A DNA stretch of 24,000 nucleotides from an archaeon HR01 (GCA_002898355.1 BEHD01000004.1:46540-70539), one strand, 5' to 3'. Positions 1 through 7,614 are shown, numbered from the stretch's first letter. The notes: a model not told the origin generated them from the sequence alone. A program made the numbers and translations.

Positions 1-287
1 CGGCCCCTGCCGATATAGCCGACCACGTAGCCCTCCATACCTTTGATAAACAGGGTGAGGGGTGCGAAGAATCCGTAGCCTAGAAGTATGTCGGCCAGGG
101 CTGAGCCTATACCGCCGGCCAGAAAACCAACCCGGGCCCCGAAGACCAGGCCAGCCAGCATAACCATCGCATCGCCGATGTTGAAAAAACCTCTGGTGGG
201 TGCGAAGGGAATAACTATGAGCATGGTGGTAGCGGCTGTCGCAGCGGCCATCACGGCTGTGACAGCAACCTCTCGGCTGTCGGGCAT
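1..287 (-). CDS. ECF-type transporter substrate-binding (S) component, partial (C-terminus beyond window edge)
   Basis: Translated by hand from the minus strand: MPDSREVAVTAVMAAATAATTMLIVIPFAPTRGFFNIGDAMVMLAGLVFGARVGFLAGGIGSALADILLGYGFFAPLTLFIKGMEGYVVGYIGRG. PTRGFFNIGDA / AGGIGSALAD / FIKGMEG motifs are typical of ECF S components. Start ATG complement at 285-287. Not in the ORF track because it is truncated. Confidence 0.85.
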   Translation of the reverse strand, partial: MPDSREVAVTAVMAAATAATTMLIVIPFAPTRGFFNIGDAMVMLAGLVFGARVGFLAGGIGSALADILLGYGFFAPLTLFIKGMEGYVVGYIGRG

Positions 288-308
288 GGTTCTCCGTCAT
301 CCATTTAG

Positions 309-317
309 AATATATAA
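309..317. promoter_or_regulatory. Near-palindromic TATA element (aatatataag) between divergent genes, usable in both directions
   Basis: The AATATATAAG/CTTATATATT core centres near 313, about 26-27 bp from the minus start (287) and the plus start (GTG 340). This is the spacing expected of leaderless archaeal transcripts. Confidence 0.6.
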
Positions 318-323
318 GCTATT

Positions 324-337
324 ACCTACATATAGGT
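324..337. promoter_or_regulatory. Inverted repeat ACCTA-CATA-TAGGT, candidate operator
   Basis: Perfect 5-bp arms with a 4-nt spacer, located between the TATA element and the GTG start of the HTH-fused gene. Confidence 0.35.
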
Positions 338-339
338 CC

Positions 340-1770
340 GTGCCATTCATATGCAGTAGATGTGGTAGGGTCTGGTGGGGAGGCCGATGGATATGCGGGA
401 TATGTGGAGGCATCATCATACACAGGCCTGAGATTAGACCCTCACGCTATGAAGAGCTGATAGACAGTAAGGCCGGCGGCATCTGGCGTTATGGCCTACT
501 GCTTCCGGAGATACCTCAGCCATGGCGTATAAGTCTGGGCGAGGGTGGGACAGCACTCCTCAAGGCGGGAAGGCTGAGCCTCCGGATGGGCATTAGGGAT
601 GTTTACCTGAAGAACGAGACAGCGAATCCTTCAGGCTCCTTCATAGATAGGGGTGTGGCGGCGGAGATCTCCTACGCAGGCTCCAGAGGCTACAAGAGAA
701 TCGCATGCTTTAGCCGGGGGAACCTAGGCGTCTCAGTAGCAGCATACGCTGCTAAGACAGGCTTCGAAGCGATGGTCTACGCACCACCCTCCATCGAGAG
801 GGGTAAGCTCTACCTACTGCTCGCATACGACGCCCACGTTTTCTTCACAGAAAGAATGAGGAGGGGGGAGGTGGAGAGGCTCAGGAGAGATGGATACTAC
901 ATAGTCGAGAGCACCAGCCCCTACTTCCTCTCAGGCCTCAAAACCCTCGCATATGAGTTGGCTCTCCAGACAGCCCCCCAATACGTCGTCTTCCCTGTGG
1001 GAGAGGGGGGAAACCTGTCGATGTTCTGGGAGGGGCTGAAAGACCTCCGGGATGCAGGGGTCTCAAACATGATGCCACGCCTAGTGGCTGTCCAGTCCGA
1101 GGGCTGCATGCCGATAGTCAAAGCCTACAATAGCGGCGGAAAACCTGTCTGGAAAGGGCCGATAAGGACCATATTCGCCGATATAGCTGTCCCCAACCCA
1201 CCCCTGGGAGAGCTGGCCCTCCAATCCCTGAAGGAGTCGAGGGGGTTGGCTGTAGCCGTCAGCGATAGAGAGATTCTGGAGGCCACGAGGGATTTGGCCA
1301 GGATGGAGGGGTTGCTGGCTGAGCCGGCGGCCGCATCCACTGTGGCTGCGCTCAAGAAGCTACGTGATGAGGGGCTGGTTGGCTCCGACGTATCTGTGGT
1401 CTGTGTGATTACTGGTACAGGGTTGAAGGAGCCCTACCTGGGTGGGCCGATAGGGAGGGCTGCCAGAAGCATAGCCGCACGGGCTAGAGCATCATCCAGG
1501 ATAGGGGTGACCAAGTCGCGGATACTAGAAATCCTCGGCGAGAGAAGCCTGCACGGATATGGGATAAGAAAGGCTCTAGCATCCAAGTACGGCATCAAGA
1601 TTTCGACAGCCTCAACATATCAACATCTAGCCGAGCTTGCCGATGCCGGACTAGTCACCTACATACCAGTCAAACATAACGGCAGGATGCGGATAATTTA
1701 TGAGCTGACATCTTCCGGGAGACAGATACTCCAGCACCCGGTAGGAAATCCAAGCCGACACACCGTGTAG
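340..1770 (+). CDS. Threonine-synthase-like PLP fold-type II protein lacking the PLP lysine, with N-terminal zinc ribbon and C-terminal PadR-like winged helix
   Basis: N-terminal CSRCG..CGICG zinc ribbon; YLKNETANPSGSFIDRG, FSRGNLGVSVAAYAA, PVGEGGNLS and ITGTGLKEP correspond to threonine synthase motifs. C-terminal ILEILGERSLHGYGIRKALASKYGIKISTASTYQHLAELADAGLVTYI...RIIYELTSSGRQIL is PadR-like. The ORF-track N-terminus (88-339) is unlikely to be real because it lies antisense to the ECF S gene. GTG at 340 fits the TATA spacing. Confidence 0.85.
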   Translation: MPFICSRCGRVWWGGRWICGICGGIIIHRPEIRPSRYEELIDSKAGGIWRYGLLLPEIPQPWRISLGEGGTALLKAGRLSLRMGIRDVYLKNETANPSGSFIDRGVAAEISYAGSRGYKRIACFSRGNLGVSVAAYAAKTGFEAMVYAPPSIERGKLYLLLAYDAHVFFTERMRRGEVERLRRDGYYIVESTSPYFLSGLKTLAYELALQTAPQYVVFPVGEGGNLSMFWEGLKDLRDAGVSNMMPRLVAVQSEGCMPIVKAYNSGGKPVWKGPIRTIFADIAVPNPPLGELALQSLKESRGLAVAVSDREILEATRDLARMEGLLAEPAAASTVAALKKLRDEGLVGSDVSVVCVITGTGLKEPYLGGPIGRAARSIAARARASSRIGVTKSRILEILGERSLHGYGIRKALASKYGIKISTASTYQHLAELADAGLVTYIPVKHNGRMRIIYELTSSGRQILQHPVGNPSRHTV

Positions 1771-1870
1771 CAGGAGGTAAGACCTTTCAGCATGTTTCTA
1801 CCTTTTCGAGGATGCTATGCATCCGAACACAGCCATCAAGACAGGCGGCTCTACAGCAGTATTGAAAGCT

Positions 1871-1878
1871 TATATAAA
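1871..1878 (+). promoter_or_regulatory. TATA box (ttatataaa) for the downstream racemase gene
   Basis: agcttatataaatc lies about 26 bp upstream of ATG 1899. Confidence 0.55.
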
Positions 1879-1898
1879 TCGTGAGGAGTGAGGCGTTT

Positions 1899-2636
1899 AT
1901 GCGCATCAAGATTATCAACCCCAACACAACAGAGAGCATGACAGAAGCTATTAGAGAGAAGGCCCTGAGATATGCGAGGCCGGGAACGGAGATAGTGGCC
2001 GTCAACCCATCCACAGGCCCCGCATCAATAGAGAGCTACTATGACGAAGCTCTTGCCACCATAGGGGTGCTGGAGGAGGTTAGGAGGGGTGAGGCTGAGG
2101 GCTTTGACGGATATGCAATAGCATGCTACGGAGACCCGGGGCTTTATGCCGCCCGTGAAGTGGCTAGAGCACCTGTTGTCGGAATAGGCGAGACATCGAT
2201 GCTCATGGCATGCACCCTCGGCTACAAATTCTCCATAATAACGATATTGGATAGATTCATCGGCCCCGTGGATGAGATGGTGAAGAGATATGGTCTCACA
2301 GAGAGATGCGCATCCATACGGGTCATTAACACCCATGTCCTTGACATAGAGAAGGGTGGTGAGAAGATTACAAGGCTGATGATTGAGGAGGGCAGAAAAG
2401 CTGTAGCCGAGGACAGGGCCGAGGTACTGCTCCTCGGATGTGCCGGCATGGCCGGGCTTGAGGAGTCGATGGAAGAGGCTCTAGGCGTCCCAGTGATAGA
2501 CGGGATAGTGGCTGCGGTCAAGATGCTGGAGGGGCTTGTGGACTATGGGAAGAAAACCAGCAAGATACATACCTTCAGATATCCTGAGAAGAAAGTGGTT
2601 CGTGGTTTTCCCACTCTGCACGGTTTGACGCGTTAG
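1899..2636 (+). CDS. Asp/Glu/hydantoin racemase family protein
   Basis: MRIKIINPNTTESMTEAI, IACYGDPGLYAARE and LLGCAGMAGL (two catalytic-type cysteines) and PVIDGIVAAVKMLEGLV are typical of the hydantoin racemase (HyuE) family. ATG 1899 is preferred to GTG 1881. Confidence 0.85.
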   Translation: MRIKIINPNTTESMTEAIREKALRYARPGTEIVAVNPSTGPASIESYYDEALATIGVLEEVRRGEAEGFDGYAIACYGDPGLYAAREVARAPVVGIGETSMLMACTLGYKFSIITILDRFIGPVDEMVKRYGLTERCASIRVINTHVLDIEKGGEKITRLMIEEGRKAVAEDRAEVLLLGCAGMAGLEESMEEALGVPVIDGIVAAVKMLEGLVDYGKKTSKIHTFRYPEKKVVRGFPTLHGLTR

Positions 2637-2645
2637 ACAACTGCC

Positions 2646-2717
2646 AGCCGGGGAGGGGAATTGCACCCCTGTAGAGCAGGTCTGCAGCCTGCCGCCTAGC
2701 TGCTCGGCCACCCCGGC
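2646..2717 (-). tRNA. tRNA-Cys (anticodon GCA)
   Basis: GCCGGGG TG GCCGAGCAGCTAGGC G GCAGG CTGCAGA CCTGC TCTAC AGGGG TGCAATT CCCCT CCCCGGC T. Cloverleaf with 7-bp acceptor stem, GCA anticodon and U73 discriminator as expected for Cys. No encoded CCA. Confidence 0.93.
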
Positions 2718-2726
2718 TACCTATTT

Positions 2727-2960
2727 CTATTGGCTGGTGGTTTTTGAGTTTATGGGTTCGGCCGGCCTGGTGGCTAGAAATACGTATCCTATGAAGCCCA
2801 CCACGAAGAAGAAGAAGAGGGTGATGAGGAGTATGGGGATTTTTACGGCCAGCTGGGGGTCCAGCCACGTTATGAGGCCTAGGAACCATAGGGTGTAGAG
2901 TATGGAGCCTAGGATGCTGAGGGCTATCAGGGCTCCGCCCAGTATCTTCGCCGCAGCCAC
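2727..2960 (-). CDS. Small two-TM membrane protein, function unknown
   Basis: 77 aa: MAAAKILGGALIALSILGSILYTLWFLGLITWLDPQLAVKIPILLITLFFFFVVGFIGYVFLATRPAEP; two clear hydrophobic helices; intergenic placement. Confidence 0.65.
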   Translation of the reverse strand: MAAAKILGGALIALSILGSILYTLWFLGLITWLDPQLAVKIPILLITLFFFFVVGFIGYVFLATRPAEPINSKTTSQ

Positions 2961-3039
2961 GGCCTCTCAGGTTTTACGGCCTGAATTTAACGTGTTAATC
3001 CCGGTCCAGGCCGGGGTTTTGCATGGTATGGTGTGATGT

Positions 3040-3522
3040 ATGCTTGGTTGGAAAATGGTTATACGTGGGGTGTTTTGGGTTTTTGGTGGCTTGACTGGTT
3101 CTAGCAGGCGTGTGGAGCTGGAGCTGAGGGGTAGGAGTCTGGAGGTTTTCCTCTATCTGGTGCGGAAGGGTGGGCCTGCGGGTGTTAGGGAGGTTCAGAG
3201 GGCCCTAAGCCTCTCCAGCCCCAGCGTCGCCCTCCACCATCTGGAGAAGCTTCACAGCCTTGGCGTTGTGAGAAAGGATGAGACAGGGGCATACCAAGCC
3301 GTTGAGAACGTGGACATCTCCGTCCTCCAGGCCTTTGTCAGGGTTGGGAGGCTTCTCCTCCCGAGGATGATGTTCTACGCAGCCTTCTTCACCACCTTCA
3401 CATCCCTGTATCTGGTCTTCGAGATTGGGCGTCTCAACCCCTACGCCATATCCCTCGGGGTTGCCGCATCGGCTTTCACATGGTTTGAGGCTGTTAGGGC
3501 TTGGAGGAGGAGGCCTTGGTAG
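3040..3522 (+). CDS. Winged-helix (ArsR/MarR-like) domain fused to two C-terminal transmembrane helices
   Basis: SLEVFLYLVRKGGPAGVREVQRALSLSSPSVALHHLEKLHSLGVVRKDETGAYQAV is an HTH; MMFYAAFFTTFTSLYLVF and YAISLGVAASAFTWFEAVRAW are TM helices. The start may be internal (3055 or later). Confidence 0.75.
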   Translation: MLGWKMVIRGVFWVFGGLTGSSRRVELELRGRSLEVFLYLVRKGGPAGVREVQRALSLSSPSVALHHLEKLHSLGVVRKDETGAYQAVENVDISVLQAFVRVGRLLLPRMMFYAAFFTTFTSLYLVFEIGRLNPYAISLGVAASAFTWFEAVRAWRRRPW

Positions 3523-3556
3523 CTGTTCTAGTTTGTGGATTTATGAGCTGGGGTGG

Positions 3557-3859
3557 ATGCTGTTGGATGGGATGAAGAGCCTCGCAATACCTCTCCTGCT
3601 GGGCGTGCTGCTGGCGGCGGCCCTATTCCAGATAATACCTAGGCCGGAGGAGCAGGCCTTCCAGCCGGCGGCGGAGCATCCCATGAAACAGTTTTCAACC
3701 ATAACCGTGACTGAGATGGCTGAGATGGCACCAGCCTACATGACTGGTGAGAAGGCTGAGATGGTCCCTACCTACGGAGGGTATGGGTTTCCGGTGGTGG
3801 CGGGTCTGTCGGCCGTTGTGGCCGTCGCAGCCTATCTCCTTTCAAGGCGGATGGTTTAG
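3557..3859 (+). CDS. Small membrane protein with two TM segments, function unknown
   Basis: MLLDGMKSLAIPLLLGVLLAAALFQIIPRP...FPVVAGLSAVVAVAAYLLSRRMV. The track N-terminus at 3425 overlaps the upstream gene; ATG 3557 is preferred. Confidence 0.6.
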   Translation: MLLDGMKSLAIPLLLGVLLAAALFQIIPRPEEQAFQPAAEHPMKQFSTITVTEMAEMAPAYMTGEKAEMVPTYGGYGFPVVAGLSAVVAVAAYLLSRRMV

Positions 3860-5586
3860 GCTGCCGGAGCCTTCATCTCCTTATAGCGCATCCTCAGCTG
3901 GGAGAAATCGGAGTTCATCCTCTTGATGGAGGTGTATGTTTTCGCCCTGTCTATGGCTTTTTCGTACTCCCTACCCCTTCTCTTGAGATACTTCTCTATA
4001 CGGTCCAGCCAGAACCTTGCGCCGTAGGTTAGGAGGGATGTGGTGAGGAGTCTCATCAGGAGGTTGTCTCTCCCTATCCTCCACGCCACGGCCTCAGCCA
4101 TCCTCTTGGTGTTTCTCCAGCAGACGTATATGAGGGCGGCCTGCGCTGGTGTCAGCTGGCCGTAGACATCTGTCAGGACGTTGGTCCCCCTTAGAGCTCC
4201 AAGGTTTACGAGGCTCATGGGCGTGACTGTGAAGAGGAGGTTCTCATACATCATGTAGTTTATCAGCCCTATCGTATCCCAGCTATCCTCCTCGGTCTCG
4301 CCCTCCTGCCCCAGTATTATCGTGTATGCCGGTATCCAGTAGGCGGCGTTATAGACACGCTGGGCCTCCACCACTATCTCGGACCATGTCCCATCCACAC
4401 CCACCTTCAACGGCTTAGCCTTATTCACCATATGCTTGAGGACCAGTCTGTCGCTACCGGTCTCCAGCCCTATCTGGACACCTATATGCCTTCCCGGCCC
4501 CGCCCCAACTATCTTTGCAACGCCCATGGCTGCCTCAGGGTCTGCGGCCACGGGTGCAAGGGTTGCATGCATGGGGTTGGCGTGGGCTACACCGTCAAGC
4601 CCCAAGACTGTTCGGTAGAGCCTGAATATCTCCTCCTTATTGGGCCAGAAGTTGGGGTCCTTCACCATGTATGCCCACTGGTTATCCGTTACAAACCATG
4701 CGTTGCTGATGCCGGCCCTCCTGTTAACCATCACCTCCTCGGCCACCTTCTCAGGCGGGTAGTATCTAAGCGGCCTGGTGGTTACCTCGCAGAAGTCGCA
4801 GTCTATTCCGCAGCCCCTCATTATCTCCGCCTGCCCGCTTATGGCCGGGTTGACTATCGTCGGTATATCGGATATCTTCGGTAGCCTATACTTGGATGCT
4901 GGGTTTCTGCATATAAAACGTCCTCCGCCGTCCTTCATGTATCTTATGAAGGGTCGGCCGTATGAGTCGAACTGTGTGGACTTGTAGCCATGCATAAACA
5001 TGGTCTTGTCGATATCCCCCTCTATCAGCTGCTCGAAGAGTAGGTGTATGATGTCGTCCATCTCACCCTGCACAACATAGTCTATCTCTAACCTCTCAAT
5101 CATCCAAGGCCTGTGCTCAAACTCCCACTCGCCAGACCCACCCAGCAAAACCTTGGCCCTGGAGCCTGAGTTCTTCTTAGCTACGGCGATACTCCTCATC
5201 AGCCCTTCGAACTCCTCCGTCACCCATGACTTCTCCCTCCCCGCGTTGTTGAACATTAGGGTTAGAGGCCCAAGCCCGAGGGGGTCCATCGTGTTGACGC
5301 CGATTATCTTGGTGTCCGACTTGATGAAATGGTGGACGAAGCGTGGATGGGCCACAACAACCTTAAGCTTAGATTTCTTCACCAGGCAGGCCTCTATCTT
5401 TCTGATGGCGTAGGGAGCTAGGACCGCCCTCCCATACTCATCGTAGGGTGCGTCCGGCAGGGAGAGGTATCGGTAGATGGGGCCTGGGACATACCGCACA
5501 GGCGCGCATGGGAGAAAGCTGAGTAGGGGGAAGTTATGAAAAAGATGGCCGAGTGATGGGTCGAAAGTGAGTACTACCTCAGTCAT
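3856..5586 (-). CDS. B12-binding-domain radical SAM protein, function unknown
   Basis: 576 aa; radical SAM cluster CGIDCDFCEV (CxxxCxxC), VLLGGSGEWEF and YVVQGEMDD in a Rossmann-like N-terminal region, GVQIGLETGSDRLV, and TIILGQEGETEEDSW. Confidence 0.85.
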   Translation of the reverse strand: MTEVVLTFDPSLGHLFHNFPLLSFLPCAPVRYVPGPIYRYLSLPDAPYDEYGRAVLAPYAIRKIEACLVKKSKLKVVVAHPRFVHHFIKSDTKIIGVNTMDPLGLGPLTLMFNNAGREKSWVTEEFEGLMRSIAVAKKNSGSRAKVLLGGSGEWEFEHRPWMIERLEIDYVVQGEMDDIIHLLFEQLIEGDIDKTMFMHGYKSTQFDSYGRPFIRYMKDGGGRFICRNPASKYRLPKISDIPTIVNPAISGQAEIMRGCGIDCDFCEVTTRPLRYYPPEKVAEEVMVNRRAGISNAWFVTDNQWAYMVKDPNFWPNKEEIFRLYRTVLGLDGVAHANPMHATLAPVAADPEAAMGVAKIVGAGPGRHIGVQIGLETGSDRLVLKHMVNKAKPLKVGVDGTWSEIVVEAQRVYNAAYWIPAYTIILGQEGETEEDSWDTIGLINYMMYENLLFTVTPMSLVNLGALRGTNVLTDVYGQLTPAQAALIYVCWRNTKRMAEAVAWRIGRDNLLMRLLTTSLLTYGARFWLDRIEKYLKRRGREYEKAIDRAKTYTSIKRMNSDFSQLRMRYKEMKAPAA

Positions 5587-5683
5587 CTATTTAGCATGGC
5601 ATATGAGGCCGATATTTAAGCAATATCACCCTAAAAACATGAGGTCAAAGAGTATTTTTTAGAAGGATAGCTGAGGCTCACCC

Positions 5684-6625
5684 ATGGCCGGCATCTCAAA
5701 ACTTCTCCAGAACCCGCCTATGTTCTACAAGTCGCTGGAAAGCGATGACCGGATAAGGCGTGGCATACTAGTCCTGGCCCTGGCTACATCCTCATCAATA
5801 ATTCTCTCACTGATATACTACCAGGTGAAAACCGTCTACGAGATCTTCCTCCCCTCACCAATCTCTCTAGATCTCAACGTGCTGCATACAGACTTTCTCA
5901 TCATGTCAAACCTAACCGCCATATTCATCACATCGGTCGTTCTCATCGGCGTAGGCCGGCTGGCGGCGAAGATTGTAAGGGGTAAGGATGTAAGCTTGAA
6001 GGCTTTCGTCAGCGCCATCTTCCACAGCTTCTTCTTGCTATTCATTCTAAACGTCGTCTCAGCCCCCCTAATACTGGCGGCCCCCTCGGAAAAGGTCTAC
6101 GTTATCGGAGCCGAGCTGGAGAACGTAGTCTTCTTCAACATAACCCTGACGGGATATACCCCGTCGGGCGAGATGGTCAACATAACCCGAGACGTTTTAA
6201 CAGTCTCAAGACTGGACGTGGAGAGAGCAGCAACGGACGGCACGAGAATCAGCTCATCACTTGTGGACAGGAAAAGGTTCGAGGAGATTATTCAGGGGTC
6301 GGCATCCAACATAACCATGACCGGTGTCTCAGGTGCAGAGACAGAGCTGGACCATGTGAGGGTCGTCACCCTAGCCTTCGACGACTACGTGGCCAGGAGG
6401 ACCGTCCTGAGCGACATACTTGTGGTAAGCGAGGGTGTTGACCTACCCTATCTGGCAACCCTCCCAGGCATAAACACGGTCCGAAACATAGTTTGGAGGG
6501 TGATGCTTGTTCTTGGCCTCTACTGGTCCCTCAGGGCCTTACATCTGATCTCCCGTAAAGTCAGCATCCCCGTCGCTATACTGTCCTATCTTATCCTGGC
6601 GAACTTTGTCCCCGCACCATTCTAA
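5684..6625 (+). CDS. Yip1-family-like multi-pass membrane protein
   Basis: 313 aa with several TM segments; N-terminal LLQNPPMFYKSLESDDRIRRGILVLALATSSSIILSLIYY resembles Yip1-domain proteins, with a large extracytoplasmic segment between TM3 and TM4. Confidence 0.55.
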   Translation: MAGISKLLQNPPMFYKSLESDDRIRRGILVLALATSSSIILSLIYYQVKTVYEIFLPSPISLDLNVLHTDFLIMSNLTAIFITSVVLIGVGRLAAKIVRGKDVSLKAFVSAIFHSFFLLFILNVVSAPLILAAPSEKVYVIGAELENVVFFNITLTGYTPSGEMVNITRDVLTVSRLDVERAATDGTRISSSLVDRKRFEEIIQGSASNITMTGVSGAETELDHVRVVTLAFDDYVARRTVLSDILVVSEGVDLPYLATLPGINTVRNIVWRVMLVLGLYWSLRALHLISRKVSIPVAILSYLILANFVPAPF

Positions 6626-7365
6626 TGGTCCCTAGACAGTATACGCCCCTCCGCATCAATCTCTCCCCGGAGAATCCTTGAGGTGGAGACCGGCTGTCCG
6701 TCGGCGGCGAGGACCAAAGGTGTAACAATAACCTTCAAAGGCTTAAGCATCCTTTCAACCCTTCTAGAGTTTATCTCGAACGCCCTCTGCTGGGTTGTAG
6801 GGCTTACCACAAGAAGCTCTATGGACGGGTCTTCAACAGTGGGGCCGTAGGGGTCTTCCAGCCTCACTATCCTACATCTTCCAAGCCAGCCATGCTGGGC
6901 CAGGATTTTCTTCAGGGATTCCTCCCTCTCATGATACATCCTCACCCTGTGGCTCTTCCCCAGCTTAGCCACCAACTCATCGCCTGCAAGACCTATCACA
7001 ACATTTTCGGCGTTTCTAAAGGCGGTCAGCATCAACATCAGATGTCCTACATGAATCACCTCAAAGGTTCCGCCTATGGCAGCCAGTAGAAACCTTTTAG
7101 TCGGCTCCTCAGCTTTCGAGAGCTCCTCCAAAACCTCCTCACCGGTCATCCTTACCTCGCTCAGGATAACCATAGCCTCCCCGAGGGGGATGGACAGCTT
7201 CAGACTCAGCTCTTCAGGGCTTATCGAGGGGTTCTCTGGAAGGATTCTATCCCTAACAAAGGCTTTATGGGCATGATATAGGGGGAGAGCCTTAACAGTC
7301 TCCACAAGGATACCCCAGTCCAGCGTCTTCCCCACCCTGGACATAACTCTCCGGATAGAAAGCAA
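6622..7365 (-). CDS. coaD: Phosphopantetheine adenylyltransferase (archaeal CoaD type) with N-terminal HTH-like extension
   Basis: AIGGTFEVIHVGHLMLM (nucleotidyltransferase GGTF/HxGH), VVIGLAGDELVAKLGK and VSTSRILRGEIDAEGRIL (ISSTRI-like motif). The roughly 90-aa N-terminal extension includes ISPEELSLKLSIPLGEAMVILSEV. Confidence 0.85.
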   Translation of the reverse strand: MLSIRRVMSRVGKTLDWGILVETVKALPLYHAHKAFVRDRILPENPSISPEELSLKLSIPLGEAMVILSEVRMTGEEVLEELSKAEEPTKRFLLAAIGGTFEVIHVGHLMLMLTAFRNAENVVIGLAGDELVAKLGKSHRVRMYHEREESLKKILAQHGWLGRCRIVRLEDPYGPTVEDPSIELLVVSPTTQQRAFEINSRRVERMLKPLKVIVTPLVLAADGQPVSTSRILRGEIDAEGRILSRDH

Positions 7366-7422
7366 CAGCTTGAATATTATGTTGAGACGGGAAAGCTTAT
7401 AATACGAGAATATGCGGTAGAG

Positions 7423-7599
7423 ATGGATATGGCGGAGTCCAGCTCCTCGGAGACACTGCTGGCGGAGGCCGAAGAGGAACTCCTGTTCTGCGAGCGGATG
7501 ATAGCATCGGAGTCTAGACTTGAATTGGTGGTAAGAGTCCTCGAGGAGATAAGGGAGAGGCTGACGTCAATCCAGGAGTTGGACATCCACCACACCTAG
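7423..7599 (+). CDS. Small acidic helical protein, first part of an ORF interrupted by an in-frame TAG
   Basis: MDMAESSSSETLLAEAEEELLFCERMIASESRLELVVRVLEEIRERLTSIQELDIHHT*. TATA-like ttataata at 7398-7405 lies about 21-25 bp upstream. Not listed in the ORF track. Confidence 0.5.
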   Translation: MDMAESSSSETLLAEAEEELLFCERMIASESRLELVVRVLEEIRERLTSIQELDIHHT

Positions 7600-7614
7600 A
7601 GGAGGAAGAACCTG

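Noticed and set aside
88-339. N-terminal 84 residues of the 88..1770 ORF (MSARAEPIPPARKPTRAPKTRPAS...)
   Set aside because: This stretch is antisense to a convincing ECF S component reading on the minus strand, is low-complexity Pro/Ala/Arg-rich, and GTG 340 sits at leaderless spacing from the TATA box just before the zinc ribbon.
2481-2711. ORF MAEQLGGRLQTC... (minus) and the 2575..2889 ORF
   Set aside because: They read through tRNA-Cys and antisense to known genes with no family-like sequence.
5836-6045. Numerous antisense ORFs over conserved genes (for example 5836..6045, 8092..8478, 13954..14250, 18558..18869, 21390..21818)
   Set aside because: They mirror high-confidence coding genes, are compositionally typical of shadow ORFs and show no recognisable motifs.
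7597-7599. TAG as a pyrrolysine codon
   Set aside because: TAG terminates several ordinary genes in this window (for example 1770, 3522, 3859 and 10032), and no pyl genes are visible. Split ORFs, mutation or error are simpler explanations.
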